NCBI GenBank assembly: GCA_964626705.1
Contig: CAZVGL010000003.1
Span: forward strand, 6,543-70,542
Origin: an uncultured Candidatus Saccharibacteria bacterium
GTDB lineage: Bacteria; Patescibacteriota; Minisyncoccia; Phycocordibacterales; UBA2163
DNA length: 64,000 bases
Reading direction: 5' to 3'
Part shown: positions 20,647 to 30,205 of the stretch, piece after piece
Layout: each line of letters opens with the position of its first letter
Position numbering within the stretch: the stretch's first letter is position 1
Translations under genes and position numbers: made by a program
Notes under the pieces: model-generated
Seen by the model: only the letters and a program-made list of their open reading frames with translations
What the model was told of the DNA's origin: nothing
Database searches by the model: none

Positions 20647-22354
20647 TTAATTAATATCTTTTAATTCTTCACTGATATTTTTCTTTATTCTAATCGTAGT
20701 ACTCTTGATCTTTTTGACCAGATGTTCGATCTCTTGTTTCGGACTATCTTTAAGTTTGGTATCTTTAAGCCACTCTTCAAGACCGGTTACATCATTTGAC
20801 AACATTGTCGTAAATTTATCTATATCCCTTGCTACCACGATTTGATACGCATTACGTTTTTTTTGATTTTCAACGTATCTAAGCAAAACAACACTGATAC
20901 CAGACACCACAAGAAGTATAACAAACAAGAGTATTTCAAACCACCCTATGTCTAAAAAGCCAACAGAAAGGATTATTTTACCTTTTATTTTAAAAGTCTG
21001 AGCTTCTGTCGGAAAACTGACAGCTCCACGCTCATCCCTAGCATTAACCTGTAGAGAATACTTACCAAAAGAAAGAGGTTCTTCTACTATTATTTCCCAG
21101 TTACCAAGCTCATCGCTCAAAGTAGACCCTGTGAACAGTTCTTGATTATTTTTGTTTTTTATTGAAATATCTAGAAATATGCTCGGCATTGTCTTACCTG
21201 AAGCAAAAATGAATTCTCCTTGTGATACAGACCTTGTAATGAAATCAACAATAGGTGTCGGAAGTGGAATAATTTCAAACTCCGCATTGTCTTCTACACT
21301 ATTGCCAGCCATGTCTTTTACTCGCACAAGAAGTTGGTGTATCCCAGGTTTTTGTATAGGTAATGCAATAGTAGAGCTTGCAGATATTATTGGCCCAATT
21401 CCATCAATAAATATTTCTGTTTCAGATAATCCAGACAGAGCATCTTGCGTTTCAAATGTTATATTAGGTGTGGGATTATCACTTGCTTCATTGTCTATTT
21501 CGATTTCAAATGGAAGTGGAGCTGTCTTATCAATGGATATTTTATAATAAGCTAGTTCACCCCAACCAAGACTGTTTTTAAATTGCGCCCTTATGTACCA
21601 AATGCCTTCCTCCAAGCTTCCAAAGTTTTTTCCATTATATAATTCATCACTCTTGTCTCCTGATTTCTGGTCACGACTTTGACTTAATCTTGTTGCAACT
21701 TGAATAATATCAGGAGAGAGTTCCCAAAGCGCTATAACCTCTTCTGTGTGTGAATACCATTTTGATTGATCTGGATAAAGCTGTACTGTTATTTCTGGTT
21801 TTTCTGGCAAATCACTAGCAACGACAGCTTGTCTTACTACTTTCTGTGGTTGAACGATCGCTTCAACTACTTCTATAACAGGTGCTTGTGTAGGAGTGAT
21901 TGATTTAGTGCCAATATTTATATTTAAACCTTTTGTAGTAGATAACACATTAGTACCTTTTCCATCACTTGCTGTTATTACTGCATTTGATACAGAAATA
22001 TCTGCAGAACCTACACCTATAGCCTTAAACTTAAGTTTTAAAATCTGAAGCGAATCACCAGAAATACCCTTTGCTGTACCCCCTACGAATTGAATAGTGC
22101 CATTTTCGTTTGAGATAGTTGGCTCTTCAACCCAGAAATTAAATGCTGAATCAATTTTATTAGCATCGACAAGTTCTAATATGTTAGACGGAAATCCTAT
22201 AGTTGCTTGTGATGCATTTATACTATCACCTTCTGAGTCTATCTTTAGGTTTACCTCAAATTCTTGATTAATACCAAAATTAGAACCGCTTGTAGAAAGA
22301 TCGATAGTTGCCGCTTCTGTTAAACCAAAGTTTATAAAAAATATTACAAAAATG
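20647..22354 (-). CDS. Membrane-anchored surface protein with an N-terminal cohesin-like domain and a C-terminal TM anchor. The start codon is uncertain.
   Basis: Open frame runs from the stop at 22390-22392 to 20647 with no ATG/GTG/TTG upstream of 21948. N-terminal hydrophobic stretch LISLIFVIFFINFGL. Cohesin-like beta-sandwich pattern (FEVNLKIDSEGDSINASQATIGFPSNILELVD...ISGDSLQILKLKFKAIGVGSADISV). C-terminal TM ILLFVILLVVSGISVVLL. Confidence 0.5.
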
Positions 22355-22372
22355 AGTGATATTAAATATGTA

Positions 22373-24079
22373 TTAAATACTAAATGCTCTTAAAAAGATA
22401 CTAAAATCTGATATATTAATAATTCCGTCACCGTCTAAGTCAATCTTTGACTTAAGATCTGACTTTTCAGACCCCCATCTAAACAAAAATATACTCCAAT
22501 CAGTAATACCTATCTTACTATCACTATTAAAATCAGCTGACGGAATACTTAATTCGTTTAGTTTAAATGTTCGTGATATTGAAAAATTACTAATCTTTGA
22601 TTCTGTTGCAGAGCTTGCTATTTGTCGTGCACGAACTGCATGACTTCCTACATTTAAATCATCTGTATCAATACTAAATTCATAGAAACCTTCTGTATTT
22701 GATGTAGTTTCTTTTTTTGTATCACTTATCTCTAATTCTACAATATTATTTGGTGCTGCGTAACCTAAGATATGCACATTTGCTCCTTTTTTTATAATAC
22801 TGTTTTCAAACCCAACTGTAGGGGGCATAAAGATATCCTCTACCACTAAATCTTCTGTGGCAAGATTAACATTAAAAGACATTATTCCAGTCTTCCTTCC
22901 ATCTTTGTCCTCAACCCTTAATGCTATTAGGTAGTCGGCTCCAAGTAATCCAAGGTGAAGTATTGAAAAAGTACCATCATCACTTACTACCGACTCTTCT
23001 ATAGGAATATTTTTATAAAGATCATCGAGTGAACCTTTTCTCAAAACCTCTATTTTACTTTTTGGATATGCTTGTCCTGACAGATGGATCTTACTTGCAG
23101 AGACTCCACCACCACCTGTTGGTATAGATATAGTTGGCTCTTCTGCTTCAGCTGAAGTCGATAAACTTGGTACATTAGATATAGCAGATTCGTTTGGCAC
23201 CTCATCGGAAGTTTTGATAGCAAAATAATATGTTGTGTCAGAACTTAGTCCAGTCACCGTCATTGACTCACTTGATCCAGCTACAGATGGTGTAGGTTCA
23301 CCTGTTGCTTCTGTAGCAGATGCCCAATTACCATCGTTAATAGTAGCTGTTGAATATCGTATGTCATAACTTGTAGCAGTACCAGATCCCGCATCATCAC
23401 CTGGAGCAGTCCAATCCAGATCAATTGTAGTTTCTGTGGCGCCAGATGTTGCTAGATCTGAAACTGCTGATGGCGCTGTGGTGTCAGATGCTGGAGTATA
23501 TGTTATTACAGCAGATATTTGACTAACTCTTGAAATTTTAGATGAGTTATTAGTCACACCGATCTCTATATCGGTACTACCACTCTTTACAATACTTAAA
23601 CCTGTATGAGATTGTGTTGTTTCCGCATATGAAGTGCCTGGAGAGATATCAACTCCAGAGTTTGTACATGATGCATCTACACATTTTCTTGTTTGTATTT
23701 TTGCACCACCTTGTTGCCTGTCAGCACAAATAGTTATATCGATTTGTGTAATTGTCGCATCGTCTGGGACGCTAGATTCATCTATATCAAATGTCTGATT
23801 CGCACCATTTGTACCCGTAGTTATATACGAAGTATCTCCATCGCTATTACTACAACTTCCACCAGAGGATTCATCAACTTCCGTATAACAAGTGGTAGAA
23901 TTACACGCAGTTCCGCCTGTATTTGTCCAATTTGCACTATCATTACCGCCGTCAGTAGTTGGACGTAATGTGCTTGTGGTATCCGCAAACACAACACTAA
24001 ATACAGAGATAGAAAAAACAACAAGAAAAATTAACAAAACTTCCCTATTAGTTTTTTTAGAGATAAAACTCTTAAGCAT
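22373..24079 (-). CDS. Secreted multidomain protein with FN3 and Ig-like domains and a C-terminal dockerin-like repeat pair
   Basis: Signal/TM region at the N-terminus. FN3 signature (DLDWTAPGDDAGSGTATSYDIRYS...TYYFAIKTSDE). C-terminal Ca-binding repeats ADFNSDSKIGITDWSIFL and DLDGDGIINISDFSIFLRAF matching the dockerin DxDxDGxIN..D consensus. Confidence 0.6.
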   Translation of the reverse strand: MLKSFISKKTNREVLLIFLVVFSISVFSVVFADTTSTLRPTTDGGNDSANWTNTGGTACNSTTCYTEVDESSGGSCSNSDGDTSYITTGTNGANQTFDIDESSVPDDATITQIDITICADRQQGGAKIQTRKCVDASCTNSGVDISPGTSYAETTQSHTGLSIVKSGSTDIEIGVTNNSSKISRVSQISAVITYTPASDTTAPSAVSDLATSGATETTIDLDWTAPGDDAGSGTATSYDIRYSTATINDGNWASATEATGEPTPSVAGSSESMTVTGLSSDTTYYFAIKTSDEVPNESAISNVPSLSTSAEAEEPTISIPTGGGGVSASKIHLSGQAYPKSKIEVLRKGSLDDLYKNIPIEESVVSDDGTFSILHLGLLGADYLIALRVEDKDGRKTGIMSFNVNLATEDLVVEDIFMPPTVGFENSIIKKGANVHILGYAAPNNIVELEISDTKKETTSNTEGFYEFSIDTDDLNVGSHAVRARQIASSATESKISNFSISRTFKLNELSIPSADFNSDSKIGITDWSIFLFRWGSEKSDLKSKIDLDGDGIINISDFSIFLRAFSI

Positions 24080-24100
24080 TGATTAAATTATATCAAAAAA

Positions 24101-24132
24101 GCAATAATCATGTACATGATTATTGCTTTTTT
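24101..24132 (-). terminator. Terminator hairpin (GCAATAATCATGtaCATGATTATTGC + T-run) after the receiver gene, followed by a GATATAAT box 8 nt before the dockerin-protein ATG
   Basis: Perfect 12-bp stem read directly. The -10-like box is at about 24090-24097 on the minus strand. Confidence 0.6.
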
Positions 24133-24162
24133 ATCCACAGTTAGATTATAAAAATAATTTTA

Positions 24163-24618
24163 CTATTTTTCTTTTTTTATCTCCTTTACTTCATCTGCAA
24201 GAGATATTGGTTTTTCTTCTGCTTGTTCAGCTTCAGGATGAGATTCTTTTTCAAAGAATACTTTTACTTTATCAATAATCTCAGATACTGCATGCTGAGA
24301 CTTTACAATATAATCATTTGCACCAAGCTTTAGTCCTTTTTTTATATCTTCGTCACTTCCAAGCATTGTAAGCATTATTACAGGAATATCTTTTGTAACA
24401 GGAGATTTTTTTAATCCTTCTAATACCTCAAATCCTCCTTTTTTAGGCATTAGTACATCAGAAAGTATAAGATCTGGTTTTTTGGACTGAGCTAATTCAA
24501 GTCCTTTTTCACCATCATTTGCTTCTGATACCTCAAAACCAGCTTCTTTAAGCTCTTCATGTATAACTTTTGACAATATTTTGTCGTCTTCAATAAGTAA
24601 AATTTTAATTTTAGTCAT
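24163..24618 (-). CDS. Stand-alone receiver-domain protein with a short acidic C-terminal tail
   Basis: Receiver fold (LLIEDD...DLILSDVLMPKKGG...K). 151 aa, no DNA-binding domain. Confidence 0.8.
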   Translation of the reverse strand: MTKIKILLIEDDKILSKVIHEELKEAGFEVSEANDGEKGLELAQSKKPDLILSDVLMPKKGGFEVLEGLKKSPVTKDIPVIMLTMLGSDEDIKKGLKLGANDYIVKSQHAVSEIIDKVKVFFEKESHPEAEQAEEKPISLADEVKEIKKEK

Positions 24619-24631
24619 AATTTATAATATC

Positions 24632-25012
24632 TTAATTATCTTTAAGTATACCACAAACTCTATCTATAATACCCTTCATCGTGTGATGTGATTTAAGCAA
24701 TGCGTCTGCAGCGCCCATTTTCATAGTTTCTTCAAGTTTTTCTTCATTTGCACTTACTGTAAGGATAACCACGGGAATATTTTTTGTAGAATCGTCAGCT
24801 TTTAATTCTTTTAATACTTCAAAGCCATCTTTTTTAGGCATAAGTAAATCAAGAAGCACTATATCTGGTTTTTGGGATCTAATTAGCTCTAACCCTTTCT
24901 CTCCATCAAATGCTTGGTATACCTCGCACCCTTCTTCTCGAAGTTCATCAGACAACATTCCTGATAATAATCCGTTATCTTCGACTAAAACAATTCTTTT
25001 CTTATCGTCCAT
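24632..25012 (-). CDS. Stand-alone receiver-domain protein (CheY-like)
   Basis: Receiver fold (VLVEDN...DIVLLDLLMPKKDG...K). 126 aa. Confidence 0.8.
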   Translation of the reverse strand: MDDKKRIVLVEDNGLLSGMLSDELREEGCEVYQAFDGEKGLELIRSQKPDIVLLDLLMPKKDGFEVLKELKADDSTKNIPVVILTVSANEEKLEETMKMGAADALLKSHHTMKGIIDRVCGILKDN

Positions 25013-25054
25013 AGTTATAATTTAATTATATATAATACAATTGATAATAACACA

Positions 25055-27547
25055 CTATAGCAAATCTTTCCCGCCCTCACTCTTTTTTATTTCAATAGGT
25101 AGTTCAATGTAAAATGTAGTACCTTTACCTTCATGCGAGATAAAGTCTATTTTGCCACCAAGTGCTTCTGTTGCACTTTTTGCTATATATAGACCAAGTC
25201 CCGTACCGTCTGTTTTTACAACTTTTGCATTGTCTGCTCTGTGGAACTTTTCAAACATTCTTGACTGCTCTTTTTCCGGTATCCCGATTCCAGTATCTTT
25301 TACTTTTATCATGACGTCACTATTTTTTTCAACACATACCTCTATAGATCCAGATTCTGGAGTATATTCTATTGCATTGGACACTATAGACTGTATTACA
25401 TTGCGCAAAACTTTTGGATCACTTTTTATTTCAAAATTATCTGGATGATCTTCAAATTTTAATGTTATATTCTTTTTTACCAAAAGTGGTGTTAATTCTC
25501 CTAAATAATCTTCAATGAATTTTATTAGGTCTAATTTTTCTGGTGTTACAGCAACACCTCCTCCGCTTTCAATCCTAGAAACGTTAAGTAAAGAGTCTAC
25601 AAGTTCTGACAACCTCACAGATGAAGTGTGTAGATCTTTAAGGTATTCTTTCCCTTGATCACTTAGACCAATTTCTTTTTTCAAAAACCTTTCGATCACC
25701 CATTGTATACCAGTCATAGGTGTACGAAGTTGATGCGATGCTACAGATATAAATTCACTTTTCGCACGGTCTATCTCTCTTTCTTTTGTTATATCTCTAA
25801 ACACTACAATACAACCAGTAACATTTCCGTTCTTATCTTTAAGTGGGGCCGCACTATCCGCTACTGGTATTTTCCTCCCATCTCTTTGTATCAACATTGT
25901 ATTAGATGGCATCTTTTGGTTTGTACCAGTACTCATTACATCCTCGATGAACTCAGTATTTATTTTTGTAGGATCTTTTTCATCTATAAATTTAAGTATT
26001 TTATTGTACGGCTTGCCTATAACTTCACCTCGTTTAAACCCTGAAATCTTCTCTGCTTGGGAGTTAAATACGATAATATTACGATTTCTATCTACTACAA
26101 ACACACCGTCGCCAATGTTGTGTAGAATAGAACTAACTTTTTCTTCTTCAAGGTCTGCTTTATCTTTCTCATCTTTTATATCTTCAAGAATATTAAGTAT
26201 GGCCATCTGCTGTGTCTCAAGTTTTCCCTTTTGATCCGTAATATTGTCAGTTTGATCATTAACCTTTTTTTCAATATTTCCACGCGAATCTTTTATAGAT
26301 GCTGCCATATTATTGAACGAATCACCCAACTTCCCTATTTCATCTACAGAATCAATGTTAACCCTATAGTCCAAATCTCCTTTTTCTAAAATTTTAGTAC
26401 CTTCATAAAGTTTTTCAATTGGCCCTGATATTTTCCTAGAAATAAAATATGCAAATATTATTATCAGAAACAAAGATCCAAAACTAATAAGGATCAGAGT
26501 ATTCCTTAAGTTTGTAACAGGCGCCAATATTACTTCCCTAGGTATTATTTCAAATATCACAAAGAAAGACTCATCACTAAAACTGCTTGGAAACACTTGT
26601 TTATAAGCAATAGCGTGATTATGTTTTGGCATATCAACAGAGTCAGCACCACCAGATAGAATGATGTCTGCCATTCCAGATTGTAGATTATTACTAATAT
26701 TATGCCCCGTATTTAAATCCCCTTCATTTCCCCACTCCTTATCCTTTTGTGGATGTGCAATATAAAAACCTCTTTCATCTACAATAAATTTACCTACATT
26801 ATCATAATCAATATCATTCTCTTTATAAGAATGCTTAAATTCATTTAGAAAACTATCAGCATTTATATTTGTTATTACAACCCCCTTTCTATTACCACTA
26901 TTGTCAAATATTGGTGTAGCATACCTTATTGTTGGCTTAAAAGGCGATTCTATCTCTGCCAAAATACCCTCTCTATTAAGATCTAACGGAGATACAAAAA
27001 TATTACCTCGGTCTAGTTTCATAGTATCTTTAAAATAATATCTATTAGCTTTGTTTTGTAGATTTTCTATTGAAATGATTTCGGCAGCACCATCTCTAGA
27101 ATCTACACGCACAAGCTCATTTCCATTTTCATCCAAATACCTTATTTGCATATATGCCTTATTGGATGAGGCTATTTCCATAAATATAGTTCCAAGTCTT
27201 GATGTCCATTGTTCATAAGTTGACACACCTTCAGTATCAATACCATTATTTTTATTTGCACGTATTATTCCTTGAATTGGTGGCACACCACCTAAAAACA
27301 AGACCTCTCTTTCTAGACCACTTAACACCTGATTTATCTTGTTCACATGTTGATCTACATCAACTTCAAGTTCACTCAATGTCTTGTCGAGCAGTATATT
27401 ACTTGATGAATAGAAACTAAAAAACCCAGACGTAATAAGTGGTATTATTGCAACTACTAAAAACGTAAAAAGTAATTTTCTATTTATGGAACTAAAGAAA
27501 AAATTCCTTAAGGCTAAACGTAGTTTTTTGTAGACTTTTTTTGGCAC
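25055..27547 (-). CDS. Sensor histidine kinase with a double-Cache-like periplasmic domain, HAMP, PAS, HisKA and HATPase domains
   Basis: Two TM segments flank a roughly 300-aa extracytoplasmic domain. HAMP motif (GDLDYRV...DEIGKLGDSFNNM). PAS region. H-box SHQLRTPMTGI. G-boxes DTGIGIP / GTGLGL. Confidence 0.85.
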   Translation of the reverse strand: MPKKVYKKLRLALRNFFFSSINRKLLFTFLVVAIIPLITSGFFSFYSSSNILLDKTLSELEVDVDQHVNKINQVLSGLEREVLFLGGVPPIQGIIRANKNNGIDTEGVSTYEQWTSRLGTIFMEIASSNKAYMQIRYLDENGNELVRVDSRDGAAEIISIENLQNKANRYYFKDTMKLDRGNIFVSPLDLNREGILAEIESPFKPTIRYATPIFDNSGNRKGVVITNINADSFLNEFKHSYKENDIDYDNVGKFIVDERGFYIAHPQKDKEWGNEGDLNTGHNISNNLQSGMADIILSGGADSVDMPKHNHAIAYKQVFPSSFSDESFFVIFEIIPREVILAPVTNLRNTLILISFGSLFLIIIFAYFISRKISGPIEKLYEGTKILEKGDLDYRVNIDSVDEIGKLGDSFNNMAASIKDSRGNIEKKVNDQTDNITDQKGKLETQQMAILNILEDIKDEKDKADLEEEKVSSILHNIGDGVFVVDRNRNIIVFNSQAEKISGFKRGEVIGKPYNKILKFIDEKDPTKINTEFIEDVMSTGTNQKMPSNTMLIQRDGRKIPVADSAAPLKDKNGNVTGCIVVFRDITKEREIDRAKSEFISVASHQLRTPMTGIQWVIERFLKKEIGLSDQGKEYLKDLHTSSVRLSELVDSLLNVSRIESGGGVAVTPEKLDLIKFIEDYLGELTPLLVKKNITLKFEDHPDNFEIKSDPKVLRNVIQSIVSNAIEYTPESGSIEVCVEKNSDVMIKVKDTGIGIPEKEQSRMFEKFHRADNAKVVKTDGTGLGLYIAKSATEALGGKIDFISHEGKGTTFYIELPIEIKKSEGGKDLL

Positions 27548-27567
27548 TTTAATTTTTAAAATTTAAT

Positions 27568-27864
27568 TTAGAAAACACCCCAATAACTATATACGCCAGC
27601 TTCTTCGGACTCAATCCTGATTTGAAAAGATGATTTTATATGAATAAATTCATCATAGAAATCCAAGATATGCTCCCTTATGGCTCCTTCATCTTTGTAT
27701 TTATCCATAAAACCGATTACGATATTTTCTATATCACGCATCTCAGAAATAAACTTTTCTGTATTAGATGTATCAGTACCTCTTTCTTTCATATCTTTTA
27801 CAAGCTCAATATAAAACACCTCATCTTCTAATTTTACATGTGACGTAAAATTACTTGAAAACAT
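27568..27864 (-). CDS. Hypothetical protein (98 aa); the preceding 35-codon ORF at 27900-28008 carries a hemerythrin-like GQHNTL motif
   Basis: Coding-like composition. Only a weak resemblance to hemerythrin; the fragment may be decayed. Confidence 0.25.
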   Translation of the reverse strand: MFSSNFTSHVKLEDEVFYIELVKDMKERGTDTSNTEKFISEMRDIENIVIGFMDKYKDEGAIREHILDFYDEFIHIKSSFQIRIESEEAGVYSYWGVF

Positions 27865-28012
27865 ATTAAGACTTATAAGAATATTCGAGGCATTCTCAAT
27901 CTTTTTTTTCTTTGGAAAAGTCTAAAATCGTATCAACATTTTTCCTTAAAGTATTATGTTGACCCATCAACTTCTCAATAAGATCTTTTTTTTCTTTTAT
28001 AATCATAGTTAT

Positions 28013-29338
28013 TTATAATTTATTATCTTCGATTTTAGTCTCTAGGTCAACTATCTTCTTTTTTAATTCTATCATCTTGATCTCTCTTCCTGCCATAGCG
28101 CTAGAGACTTCTTGTGCTTGCTTCACCGCAACCTCTGCTTGCTCCTGTCTTTTTGTAATCTCTTTTGTTTGTTCCTTTATTTTACGATCAACATCTTTTC
28201 TTGACTCTTTTATTGCAATAATCATCTTATCAAAAGATCGAGCAAGTCCACCTATCTCATCCTTAGAGTCACTATTTATTTTATAACTTAAATCTCCACC
28301 CTCAACCTTTTTTACAGCATCTTGAAGATCTCTTAGCGGTTTCATAAATAAAGATATTAAATAAGTCAGAGACATTATTGCAAAAAGTGCAGCGATCAGC
28401 ACAAACCCACTTAAAATATATGCAAGATTATACGAAGAAGAGACAGCTTCTTCAACATTTCTACTGATGATTAGAAAAAATGGATATTCTTCAACCTTAA
28501 CCATGCTAGCAATCTCACTCTTTTTATCCATATCATCATAAATTTCGAATGTTTGCGTGTCATTTATGGTGTATATATTTTGTTGTAATAAGTCATAACC
28601 AAGTGGCTTTATGTCTATTCCTGAAAATCTCCTACCCTCCTCTAGAATCTTTTGCTCCTTAACACCTAACTGTCCGAGACTACTAAATAGTCTATTCTCT
28701 TTATTAGAAAAGATTACTACACCATAATTATCCGTCATCATTACCTGAAGATCTTCCTCGCTTCTACGCGTAGAGACAGAGTTAGAAATCACCTCTGGTT
28801 TTAATTTAGTAACAGCTACCCCAACAATTTGACCATCCTTATTCTTCACAGGATGAGCAAAATAATATCCAAGCTTGCTACTTGTAACACCTAAGACAAC
28901 ATCTGTTGTAAATTTCCCAGTTAGAGCATTTTTGAAGTAATTTCTAAATCCATAATTTTTTCCTACAAAACTTTCATCCGTAGATGCAACAGTGGTACCA
29001 TCTGGAAGCATTAAGTATATTGCAGAATATATATCTCCAATATTATGCTCCTGTAGCTCTTGAAGTATATAGAGCTCTTGATGTTCTTCTGCTCCAGAAT
29101 CCATATATTCTACAACCTCTTCACGTTGAGATATATTTTTCACAGTAAGACTAATCTGATTGAGTATTTGCGTTGTATTGTGAGCAATACCTGAAGATAA
29201 AATATTTAAATCTTGCTCTGACCTTTCCCTAATCTCATTTCTTGAATAGAAAAATACGGAAACAACAGCCAACCCACCGAAAACAAAGATAATAAGTGTT
29301 ATAGATAGAATTATTTTATTTTTTAATGAAATCTGCAT
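28013..29338 (-). CDS. Membrane sensor-like protein with a Cache-like extracytoplasmic domain, TM, HAMP and a C-terminal coiled-coil but no output domain
   Basis: HAMP motif GDLSYKINSDSKDEIGGLARSFDKM, paralogous to the HAMP of the kinase at 25055-27547. The C-terminal motif AGREIKMIELKKKIVDLE is shared with 30206-31501. Confidence 0.6.
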   Translation of the reverse strand: MQISLKNKIILSITLIIFVFGGLAVVSVFFYSRNEIRERSEQDLNILSSGIAHNTTQILNQISLTVKNISQREEVVEYMDSGAEEHQELYILQELQEHNIGDIYSAIYLMLPDGTTVASTDESFVGKNYGFRNYFKNALTGKFTTDVVLGVTSSKLGYYFAHPVKNKDGQIVGVAVTKLKPEVISNSVSTRRSEEDLQVMMTDNYGVVIFSNKENRLFSSLGQLGVKEQKILEEGRRFSGIDIKPLGYDLLQQNIYTINDTQTFEIYDDMDKKSEIASMVKVEEYPFFLIISRNVEEAVSSSYNLAYILSGFVLIAALFAIMSLTYLISLFMKPLRDLQDAVKKVEGGDLSYKINSDSKDEIGGLARSFDKMIIAIKESRKDVDRKIKEQTKEITKRQEQAEVAVKQAQEVSSAMAGREIKMIELKKKIVDLETKIEDNKL

Positions 29339-29349
29339 TGTAACTTTTT

Positions 29350-29766
29350 TTAAGACAAACCATTGTCAGTGAATGTTTCTATATACCCCATATCTTCATT
29401 TAAGATGTGGCCAATCCACCAATCTTCTAAGAAATCTAACACTTCAAAGAGAAAGCTCGTCATTGCCCCATCTCCCAGAGTATTAATTTTTTCTTGAAAT
29501 TCTCCTATTTTTGTCCTGTAACTATTGTGACTTTCCTTATGCTTATCAGAGTCAGCATAATTAAATTGATCAAAATACTTTTCTTCAGTCTTAAAATGAT
29601 AATTAGCATAATCATTAAGACCTCCAATCAGCTTGAGCGCTTCTTCTCTAGGTCCATTGTTTTTAATAAGCTCGTCCATAGCATTTAAGAATCCAAACAA
29701 CTTCTGATGCTGTTCATTGATCTCTTTAACCTTTACACTATATTCTTCTTTCCATTCTAATTTCAT
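29350..29766 (-). CDS. Bacteriohemerythrin (single-domain hemerythrin-like protein)
   Basis: MKLEWKEEY...INEQHQKLF N-terminus. HF(K)TEE...H...H and FLEDWWIGHILNEDMGY match the H/HxxxE/HxxxH/HxxxxD diiron ligands. Confidence 0.75.
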   Translation of the reverse strand: MKLEWKEEYSVKVKEINEQHQKLFGFLNAMDELIKNNGPREEALKLIGGLNDYANYHFKTEEKYFDQFNYADSDKHKESHNSYRTKIGEFQEKINTLGDGAMTSFLFEVLDFLEDWWIGHILNEDMGYIETFTDNGLS

Positions 29767-29774
29767 ATTATCTA

Positions 29775-30191
29775 TTACACTAATCCGTTATCATTAAATG
29801 TTTTTGTATACTCTTTATCTTTATGTAAGATATGTCCCACCCACCAGTCCTCAAGAAAATCTAACATTTCAAATGCTAGCTTGATCGCATCACCACCGTT
29901 TAACTCAGCTACTTTTTTCTCAAAATCTATTACCTTATCCATATAGTCATGGTGACGTTTTTTATGATCTTCTTTGTCCTCATAATCAAACTGGTCAAAG
30001 TACTTTTCTTCTGTTGCAAAATGAAACTTTGCATAGTCATTTAAGTTGTCTATCGTAGCAGTTAATCCTTCTTTTGCATTATCTGAATGAGTTGAATTAT
30101 CAAGTTCATTAATAAAACCTATAATTTTTTTATGTTGATTGTTTATTTCTTCAACACCAACACCATATTCTTCTTTCCATTCTAATTTCAT
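29775..30191 (-). CDS. Bacteriohemerythrin (tandem paralogue)
   Basis: MKLEWKEEYGVGVEEINNQHKKII...HFATEEKYF...HHDY...DWWVGHILHKDKEY, the same ligand pattern as the neighbouring gene. Confidence 0.75.
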   Translation of the reverse strand: MKLEWKEEYGVGVEEINNQHKKIIGFINELDNSTHSDNAKEGLTATIDNLNDYAKFHFATEEKYFDQFDYEDKEDHKKRHHDYMDKVIDFEKKVAELNGGDAIKLAFEMLDFLEDWWVGHILHKDKEYTKTFNDNGLV

Positions 30192-30205
30192 ATTATTTTA
30201 TTAAA

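Noticed and set aside
22354-22392. Alternative reading that the cohesin-like gene starts at an in-frame ATA/ATT just after the upstream stop
   Set aside because: This cannot be decided from sequence. It is kept as an uncertainty in the finding rather than called as a start.
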